Part shown: positions 57,313 to 64,000 of the stretch, one piece after another
Layout: each line of letters starts with the position of its first letter
Position numbering within the stretch: the first letter of the stretch is position 1
Source: Dehalococcoidia bacterium
GTDB taxonomy: Bacteria > Chloroflexota > Dehalococcoidia > Plut-88900
DNA: 64,000 bases
Direction of reading: 5' to 3'
Assembly (NCBI GenBank): GCA_965197645.1
Contig: OZ240219.1
Coordinates: 864,001-928,000, forward strand
Notes under the pieces: model-generated
Databases searched by the model: none
What the model saw: the letters and a program-made list of their open reading frames with translations, nothing else
Told to the model about the DNA's origin: nothing
Translations under genes and position numbers: made by a program

Positions 57313-58512
57313 TCAGCCTGCGTCGCCTCCCGACTTGCCCGGATTGATCGATGCGTAGAGCAGCCTCGGCACCGCCGCGATCCGGTCTCGATGGGTCGCC
57401 ATCAGGATAAATGCCAGGAACAGGTACAGTCCGCTGAAGGCGAGACGGGCCTCCTGCAGCCCGAAGAAGAGCTGGCTAGTGAACAGCACCAGGAGCACAA
57501 CCGCCTCCCTCACGGATAGGCGGAAATCGAGCAATATCGCCACTGCGAAGAGGGACTGGGCCGACGTTAGCAGCACCTCCGTCGTCTGGCGTGCGTCCAG
57601 GGGTAGGCCGTTCAGCGATCCGGTGGAGATGCTATAGGCGGCTGGTAGCGTGGCCACCAGCAAGGTCCACTGGTTCACCTTGGAGGAGACCAGTATGCCC
57701 AGACCGTCGCTCTGCCTGCCTCTCACAACGAAGATGGCTGCCAGAAGTATCTCCGGCGCCTCCGAGGCCAGCGGCGCTATCCACTGGATCAGGAGGAATT
57801 CGCTGAGACCCAGGCTCTCGCCCGTCCCCTTTAACCCCTCGACGAAGGGTTCGGCGGACAGGATTATTCCCGCGGCGGCGTAGAGGAACAGGACCGCCGT
57901 CACCGATCGGCGTTTGGCCGGTGTTAGCGATCCTATCAAAGCCGAGGGCCCCACCAGCTCCGGCTCCTCCACCTTTCCCTTGAAGTTCATCCAGATGTAC
58001 AGGCAGAACAGCAAACCCAGAACCACGCTATCGGCTACGTGGAGGTACCCCTTGATGATGATAGTAAAGGAGTAGACCGTGGCCAGGGCCAGGATCGCCA
58101 GCGACGTCGAGTGGGAGCTGGACAGCTCCAGCGTTTTCTGCCGGGTTCGCGCCCAGAACAGGATCACCACGAGGCTCCAGCCGATGCCGATTAGCAGCCG
58201 GTTGGCGCCGGTCATGTTGGCGGTGGCCAGACTGACGTTTTCGGGGATGGTAGCTGCGGACCAGGCCAGGTACACGTCGATGGCGTACTCGGGAAGCACC
58301 GCAATGATGGCCAGCAGCGAAATGGCCAGGGACCTGGGTATATCCAGCTCGGCTACTTCCGAGGCCCAGGAGAGGAGGAACGCTCCGCCCACTATGCCCA
58401 GACCGAAGATCAGGGCCGTGCTGATCGAATCCAGGTGGGTACCCGAAAACCGGAGAGCCAAGGCGGGGACTATGCAGCCGGCGGCCAGTCCAATCCAGAG
58501 CCAGCCTCGCAT
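57313..58512 (-). CDS. Sodium/calcium exchanger family antiporter
   Basis: VLPEYA..., ANMTGANR, PLASEAPE and SSKVNQWTLL motifs. Confidence 0.88.
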   Translation of the reverse strand: MRGWLWIGLAAGCIVPALALRFSGTHLDSISTALIFGLGIVGGAFLLSWASEVAELDIPRSLAISLLAIIAVLPEYAIDVYLAWSAATIPENVSLATANMTGANRLLIGIGWSLVVILFWARTRQKTLELSSSHSTSLAILALATVYSFTIIIKGYLHVADSVVLGLLFCLYIWMNFKGKVEEPELVGPSALIGSLTPAKRRSVTAVLFLYAAAGIILSAEPFVEGLKGTGESLGLSEFLLIQWIAPLASEAPEILLAAIFVVRGRQSDGLGILVSSKVNQWTLLVATLPAAYSISTGSLNGLPLDARQTTEVLLTSAQSLFAVAILLDFRLSVREAVVLLVLFTSQLFFGLQEARLAFSGLYLFLAFILMATHRDRIAAVPRLLYASINPGKSGGDAG

Positions 58513-58594
58513 TAGTCCCGGCCCTCGATTTTCGTCTCAAAAGGGCAAAGACCCTCAGAGGGGTCTTTGTGCTCAGTCATTAGGGTCACTACAT

Positions 58595-59404
58595 TCAGGC
58601 GTTTATCCGCTCGATGCGGTACTTGAACGTGCCGGCCGGCACTTTGACCTCCACCTCATCGCCGGGGCTCGTGCCCAGCAGCGCCTTGCCCACTGGCGAT
58701 TCGGCTGAAAGCTTGCCCTCGGCCAGGTTTGCTTCGTGGGGAGCTACCAGAAGGTAGGTAAGCTCCTCATCGTAGGACAGGTGTCTAACCACCACCGATA
58801 GCCCCATCTCCACCTGGGAGGTCTTCCGGACCCGCTTCTGGTCCATTACCACCGCTGTCCTCAGCGATGCTTCTATCTGCCGTATACGCGACTCAACCTT
58901 GCTCTGATGTTCCCGAGCGGCCTCCAAGGGAGCGTTTTCCCGGAAGTCCTTGTCCGCCGCGGCGTTCCGTATCTCCTCGGCTATGGCTCCCCTACCCTTC
59001 TTGAGCTCGGCCAGCTCTTCTTCCAGGCGCCGGTGGCCCTCGGCCGTCAGCTCGGTAACGGCCGCGGCGGCCCGTTGCGTCTCGGCGTATTTGATCGCCG
59101 TTTTCTTTAGCTTGAAGCTTGGCGCCAGGTTTACCCTGGTGGCCTCCTGCTTGTAAGCGTAGGTCAAAAACTGCTTGACGTGGGTATGGCTCTTGGCGCC
59201 GTCAGGCGAGTTGCCCAGCGTGGATGCGTACTGCTCCACCTCTCGTCTGGTCACGTCCGAGAGCAGCCTGTCCATGCCGCACCATCGAGCGAACTTGGTT
59301 ACCTCGGGCTGGCTCACCTGGCGCTTCGCCTGCTTCAGTGAAGCGAGGAACTGGGAGGCCATCTCCGAGAGGGTTGGTTTGCCGGTCTCCTCCATTGCTG
59401 CCAC
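58595..59404 (-). CDS. greA: Transcription elongation factor GreA with an about 110-aa N-terminal extension
   Basis: C-terminal LTAEG...DFRENAPLEAARE...SAESPVGKALLG...VPAG; N-terminus resembles an integrase core-binding/SAM-like helical domain. Confidence 0.85.
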   Translation of the reverse strand: MAAMEETGKPTLSEMASQFLASLKQAKRQVSQPEVTKFARWCGMDRLLSDVTRREVEQYASTLGNSPDGAKSHTHVKQFLTYAYKQEATRVNLAPSFKLKKTAIKYAETQRAAAAVTELTAEGHRRLEEELAELKKGRGAIAEEIRNAAADKDFRENAPLEAAREHQSKVESRIRQIEASLRTAVVMDQKRVRKTSQVEMGLSVVVRHLSYDEELTYLLVAPHEANLAEGKLSAESPVGKALLGTSPGDEVEVKVPAGTFKYRIERINA

Positions 59405-59658
59405 CTTTACAATTGTTTTTCGGCCGGGCCCGCTGCTTTCAAATGCACGTATAACTATCGAGCCCCCATATTCGTTGTAGAGTAAGGAGCCGTCCGACTA
59501 TCGAGATCGATTGAACGCGATGACCAATCTGAGTATAGTACAGGCGGGTTCGGACGTACAAGATGGCGGACGCCTGGCCGGGAACGTATTTGGCGAGTTT
59601 CTATTTGAAACTCGGATAGTATATAATTGACAGTCGCCGGCCCGAGTAGGAGGAGCGA

Positions 59659-61614
59659 GTGGGCTTCAAGGGTATGAAGAGCAGCTTTATATACCTGATA
59701 ATCGTGGTGGCCATCATCGCGATTATCTTCACCCTTTTTCAACCGTCCCTCGGCTCCGAGGACATCCCCATCAGCGACGTCGTCACCATGGCCAAGGCCG
59801 GCCAGATCCGGGAGATAGAGGTAGACGGCGACAACCTGAGTATCACCGACCTGCAGGATGAGACCTTCAAGTCCAGGAAGGAGAGCGGGTCCAGCCTGGT
59901 GGACATCTTCACCCAGGCCGGAATCCCTGTTGGCACCGGTCCCAAGATCAATGTCAAAGAGAAGAGCCAGCTGGGCAGCCTCTTCTCCATCTTCATCAAC
60001 TTCCTTCCCCTGATCTTCTTCGGCGCCGTCCTCCTCTTCCTGCTAAGGCAGGCCCAGGGGGGAAACAACCAGGCCATGGGCTTCGGCCGGAGCCGTGCCC
60101 GCATGTTCATGGGCAATAAGCCCACCACCACCTTCCTGGACGTGGCCGGCGTCGACGAGGCCAAGCAGGACCTGTCCGAAGTCGTCGAGTTTCTGCGATA
60201 TCCGGAGAAGTTTTCCGCCCTCGGCGCCCGGGTGCCGAGGGGCGTCCTTCTGGTAGGCTCGCCCGGGACGGGCAAAACCCTGCTGAGCCGGGCGGTAGCC
60301 GGCGAGGCCGGCGTGCCCTTCTTCTCCATCAGCGGCAGCGAGTTCGTCGAGATGTTCGTCGGGGTCGGCGCATCCCGTGTCAGGGACCTGTTCGATCAGG
60401 CCAAGCGGAACGCACCCTGCATAGTGTTCGTAGACGAGATCGATGCCGTCGGCAGACACCGCGGCGCTGGACTGGGCGGCGGTCACGATGAGCGGGAGCA
60501 GACGCTGAACCAGATCCTCGTTGAGATGGACGGCTTCGACAGCAGCACCAACGTCATAGTTTTGGCAGCCACCAACCGCCCAGACATCCTGGACCCGGCT
60601 CTCCTGAGGCCGGGAAGGTTCGACAGGCGGGTAGTCCTGGACCTGCCCGATATCAATGGCCGCAAGGCAATCCTGGAGGTCCACACCAAGGGCAAGCCCC
60701 TCGCCCCCGGCGTCAAGCTGGATGTCTTGGCCAAGCAGACTCCGGGCTTCAGTGGGGCCGATCTGGCCAACCTCGTTAACGAGGCCGCGATCCTCGCGGC
60801 CAGACACAGTGCCAAGATCATCGAGATGCGGGAGATAGAGGAGGCCATAGACCGTGTCATCGCCGGACCGGAGCGCAAGAGCAGGCTCATCAGTGCCAAG
60901 GAAAAGTCTATTACCGCCTACCACGAGGTTGGACACGCGTTGGTGGCCAGGATGATGACGCACTCCGACCCCGTGCATAAGATCTCCATCGTTGCGCGGG
61001 GCACCATGGGCGGCTACACACGTCTGCTCCCCAAGGAGGACAGATACCTCTACAGCCGCTCCCAGTTCAAAGCGATGCTGGCCACTGCGCTGGGCGGCCG
61101 CGTCTCGGAGGACCTGACTTACGAGGAGATCACCACGGGGGCCAGCAACGACATCGAGCACGCCACGAACCTGGCCCGAAGCATGATTACCCAGTACGGC
61201 ATGAGCGACTCTCTCGGCCCCAGGACCTTCGGCCGCAAAGAGGAGCTGGTGTTCTTGGGCAAGGAGATCTCCGAGCAGCGCAACTACAGCGATAAGATAG
61301 CCGAGACTATCGACCAGGAGATTCACGACCTCATTCGGGTCGCCGAGCAGACGGCGAGAGACATTCTATCCAACAACGAGGCCAAGCTTAGCCAGCTGGC
61401 AGAGTTCATCATCCAGGTGGAGACCTTGGATGGTGACGACTTGGAAAAGGCCTTTGACGCCGATCCCTCGGCGGACCTCTCGGTGCTGATCCCGCCCCAT
61501 GAGGAAGCCCCTCCTCCCTCCACGTCCGAGGAACCCGAGCCTATGCCGACCAACGGCCGGACGCCGGAACATCCCCCTCTCGACGACCCCACACCCGAGA
61601 CGGGTCCCGGCTAG
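59659..61614 (+). CDS. ftsH: ATP-dependent zinc metalloprotease FtsH
   Basis: Two TMs, [22 protein letters not shown] and HEVGH motifs. Confidence 0.98.
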   Translation: MGFKGMKSSFIYLIIVVAIIAIIFTLFQPSLGSEDIPISDVVTMAKAGQIREIEVDGDNLSITDLQDETFKSRKESGSSLVDIFTQAGIPVGTGPKINVKEKSQLGSLFSIFINFLPLIFFGAVLLFLLRQAQGGNNQAMGFGRSRARMFMGNKPTTTFLDVAGVDEAKQDLSEVVEFLRYPEKFSALGARVPRGVLLVGSPGTGKTLLSRAVAGEAGVPFFSISGSEFVEMFVGVGASRVRDLFDQAKRNAPCIVFVDEIDAVGRHRGAGLGGGHDEREQTLNQILVEMDGFDSSTNVIVLAATNRPDILDPALLRPGRFDRRVVLDLPDINGRKAILEVHTKGKPLAPGVKLDVLAKQTPGFSGADLANLVNEAAILAARHSAKIIEMREIEEAIDRVIAGPERKSRLISAKEKSITAYHEVGHALVARMMTHSDPVHKISIVARGTMGGYTRLLPKEDRYLYSRSQFKAMLATALGGRVSEDLTYEEITTGASNDIEHATNLARSMITQYGMSDSLGPRTFGRKEELVFLGKEISEQRNYSDKIAETIDQEIHDLIRVAEQTARDILSNNEAKLSQLAEFIIQVETLDGDDLEKAFDADPSADLSVLIPPHEEAPPPSTSEEPEPMPTNGRTPEHPPLDDPTPETGPG

Positions 61615-61776
61615 AGCTTCGATATTCGTCATACCATTTGGCGCCATCGACAACATCTAAATGTCCAGTTGTTTCCATGGCGCCAGCGCGGAACGAGACA
61701 ATTCCCCACCTTCCCAGACTCACCAACCGGAGTAACGTACTATCGTATCGTTACCAACATCCGTAGGAGGTAATCC

Positions 61777-62337
61777 ATGACCCTGACCGAATTCATCGGG
61801 AACTGCTTAGACCAGAACTATAACGGCGTACGTCGTTCCCTGGACGGGCTGACCAGCGAGGAGCTGGCCTTTCGGCCTGCTCCCCAGTGCAACTCCATCG
61901 GTTGGACGGCATGGCACTGCAGCCGCTTGCTGGACTTCTGGATTAACACCATCGTAAAGGGGCAACCTCAGATGTGGGAGCAGGGCTGGGCCGACAAGTT
62001 CAACCGCCCCGCCGAGGCTATGGATGTCGGTTTCGCCCACACCCCGGAGCAGATAGCGGCATTCGAGGCGCCGGACCCGGAGGTGCTGACCGGATACCTG
62101 GAAGCTTCAAGGGGTCTGTTGGTCCAGTTTCTGGGAGAGCAGGACGATGACTCACTGTCCAGTACCGAAGTTACCAACCCCGGAGCGGGAATGATGCCGC
62201 TGTCCACCCTGTTTCAGCAGCTCATCTGGGAGCTCAACCAGCACAGCGGCCACATAGCCTACCTACGAGGTATTCAACGAGGTATCGAGGACGCTACATT
62301 CACCGGCGGCGTCATCGGCCCTGACGCCTCTGCCTAG
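61777..62337 (+). CDS. DinB/YfiT family protein
   Basis: LDGLT.EEL..RP...NSIGW.AWH and NQHSGHIAYLR motifs. Confidence 0.85.
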   Translation: MTLTEFIGNCLDQNYNGVRRSLDGLTSEELAFRPAPQCNSIGWTAWHCSRLLDFWINTIVKGQPQMWEQGWADKFNRPAEAMDVGFAHTPEQIAAFEAPDPEVLTGYLEASRGLLVQFLGEQDDDSLSSTEVTNPGAGMMPLSTLFQQLIWELNQHSGHIAYLRGIQRGIEDATFTGGVIGPDASA

Positions 62338-62376
62338 TCGCTGTTTCCGGATCGCCCTTCTGCGTTGCCCATACCT

Positions 62377-62655
62377 TTAGACCCAGCGACGCCGAAACGC
62401 CAGCGCCAGCAAGACGAAGGAGACGGGAGCAATCCCGGCCATCCAGTCCCAAAGCACCACCCTGTCCAGCAGCGGGTTGAGCACTGTGCTCAGGATAACG
62501 CCGGTACCCACGATCAGCGCCGCCAGCAACAGCGATGTTGCCCACCTTCGCCGTTCCTTCGGGACGCTCGGTTCCGGCACCGATTCTATCCGGCCTTGAG
62601 AAACAGGGCTGTCCGTCGAAGGGTCATCCGTCCCGTCTGGCTTGTCCCGTCCCAT
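62377..62655 (-). CDS. Small two-TM membrane protein
   Basis: Two hydrophobic helices; lies directly downstream of the acyl-CoA synthetase. Confidence 0.45.
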   Translation of the reverse strand: MGRDKPDGTDDPSTDSPVSQGRIESVPEPSVPKERRRWATSLLLAALIVGTGVILSTVLNPLLDRVVLWDWMAGIAPVSFVLLALAFRRRWV

Positions 62656-62670
62656 CTAACTTGAAGACGT

Positions 62671-64000
62671 TCAGGATGAGGCTGAAGGTTCAGCCGCCTC
62701 GGCAAGCTGGGCTGCGATGTTCCGTCTCTGGATCTTGCCGGTGGCCGTCCTGGGCAGCTCATCCATGAAGTGGATCACCTTGGGCACCTTGAAATCGATC
62801 AGGTGCTGCTGGCAGAAAGCCCGGATCTCCTCCTGAGTGGCCTCTCCGTTCAGCACCACCGCCGCATGCACCTCCTCGCCGTACTTTGCGTCGGGCACCC
62901 CGAAACTGATAGCCTCGGCCAATGCCGGCATCTGGGCCAGTACAGCGTCCACCTCCAGCGGCGAAATCTTCTCGCCCCCTCGATTGATCAGCTCCTTGAG
63001 CCGCCCCGTCAGGGTAAGGTAGTCGTTACCGTCCTTGAACCCCTGGTCTCCGGTACGGAACCAGCCGTCGGTGAAGGCCGTGCTGTTGGCCTCCGGGTTG
63101 TTGCGATATCCGTGCATCACATTGGAGCCCTTGATGACCACTTCGCCCCGTTGCCCCACCTGGAGCAGCTTGCCCGCCTCGTCGATGATGCCTATCTGAA
63201 CGCCGGTCCCTTCACCGACGGTGCCTGCTTTACGATCTCTGGGCGGCAGCGGATTTGAAGACATCTGATGGGAAGCCTCGGTCATGCCGTAAGCCTCCAG
63301 CACCGGCGCATCGAACCTGGCCTCCAGCTGATCGAGTACCGCCGGCGCCAGCGCTGCGCTGCACGATCGGATCAATCGGAAGGTGCCCCGGGGAGCGTCA
63401 TCGCCGTCCGCTCGAGTCAGGAGGATCTGGTGAATGGTAGGGACCGCCGAGTACCAGTTGGCGCCGTACTTCTCCACCACCGGCCAGAAGGTGCTGGCGC
63501 TGAAGCGACTGGGGAGCACGCTCGTTCCCCCTGAGGCCAGGGTCGAGAGCAGAACGCCTATCAGGCCATGGACGTGGAACAGGGGCATCACGAGCATCGC
63601 CACGTCCTCCGACGTCAGATCGTAGGTATCGACGATGTTGGCCAGAGAGGACGTGAGGTTTGCATGGGTCAGCGGGACTCCCTTGGGCCGGCTGGTGGTG
63701 CCGCTGGTATGAAGGAACAGGGCCGTGTCATCCAGGTTCGGCATTGCCGGCAGTTCACCGCCTGTGAGAAGGGCGCCGTCACGCCGGAGCTCAACCTTGC
63801 CTTCGTTCGTAGCTGAAGCCTCCACTTGGGGTAGGCCCAGGCTCTGGGCGGCCTCCCTGGCCGGGTGCTCCCCCGCAGGCAGTATCGCCATTACGGAGCC
63901 CGCGTCCTCCATGTAGAACCGGTACTCGTCCGTCGTGTAGCTGGGGTTGAGGGGCGCCGCCGTGGCTCCCAGCCTGGTCACCGCTAGGAATGCGGCTACG
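62671..64000 (-). CDS. AMP-binding acyl-CoA synthetase (oxalate-CoA ligase-like), 5' end outside the window
   Basis: LHTSGTTSRPKG, PLFHVHG, YGMTE, WFRTGD, INRGGEK and TGKIQR motifs. Confidence 0.92.
   Translation of the reverse strand, partial: VAAFLAVTRLGATAAPLNPSYTTDEYRFYMEDAGSVMAILPAGEHPAREAAQSLGLPQVEASATNEGKVELRRDGALLTGGELPAMPNLDDTALFLHTSGTTSRPKGVPLTHANLTSSLANIVDTYDLTSEDVAMLVMPLFHVHGLIGVLLSTLASGGTSVLPSRFSASTFWPVVEKYGANWYSAVPTIHQILLTRADGDDAPRGTFRLIRSCSAALAPAVLDQLEARFDAPVLEAYGMTEASHQMSSNPLPPRDRKAGTVGEGTGVQIGIIDEAGKLLQVGQRGEVVIKGSNVMHGYRNNPEANSTAFTDGWFRTGDQGFKDGNDYLTLTGRLKELINRGGEKISPLEVDAVLAQMPALAEAISFGVPDAKYGEEVHAAVVLNGEATQEEIRAFCQQHLIDFKVPKVIHFMDELPRTATGKIQRRNIAAQLAEAAEPSASS

Noticed and set aside
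61620-61776. SOS box upstream of the DinB-family gene
   Set aside because: No GAAC-N4-(G/A)TTC match was found; the family name does not imply damage induction.

Overview
A GC-rich bacterial chromosome segment. The gene content suggests Chloroflexota, class Dehalococcoidia (SAR202-like); this is inferred from the CoA-transferase and acyl-CoA dehydrogenase paralog arrays, an N-terminally extended GreA and Gram-positive-type SOS boxes. Most of the window is housekeeping or catabolic: metG, rsmI, rsmG, eno, gap, pheA, trkA, moeA, greA, ftsH, three CaiB/BaiF CoA transferases and six acyl-CoA dehydrogenases. Two accessory regions stand out. (1) About 25.9-35.3 kb is a compact phage-particle cluster: small and large terminase, a Cys4-HTH protein, portal, scaffold, major capsid, adaptor, a propeller/hub-like protein and a spike-like OB protein. 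It has no integrase, replication, repressor, tail tube, tape measure or endolysin gene. It is split into two operons whose promoters both carry the same LexA-like palindrome (TAGAAC-N4-ATTCTA). It is a candidate SOS-controlled, domesticated gene-transfer-agent-like system. Its large terminase has a 1-bp frameshift in a G run. (2) 39578-44126 is a 4.5-kb IS1-family cargo element with terminal inverted repeats and an 8-bp target duplication. It carries small ORFs, a predicted structured RNA and a non-canonical, allo-tRNA-like cloverleaf with a GAG anticodon. All protein calls come from motifs recognised by eye; no database searches were run.
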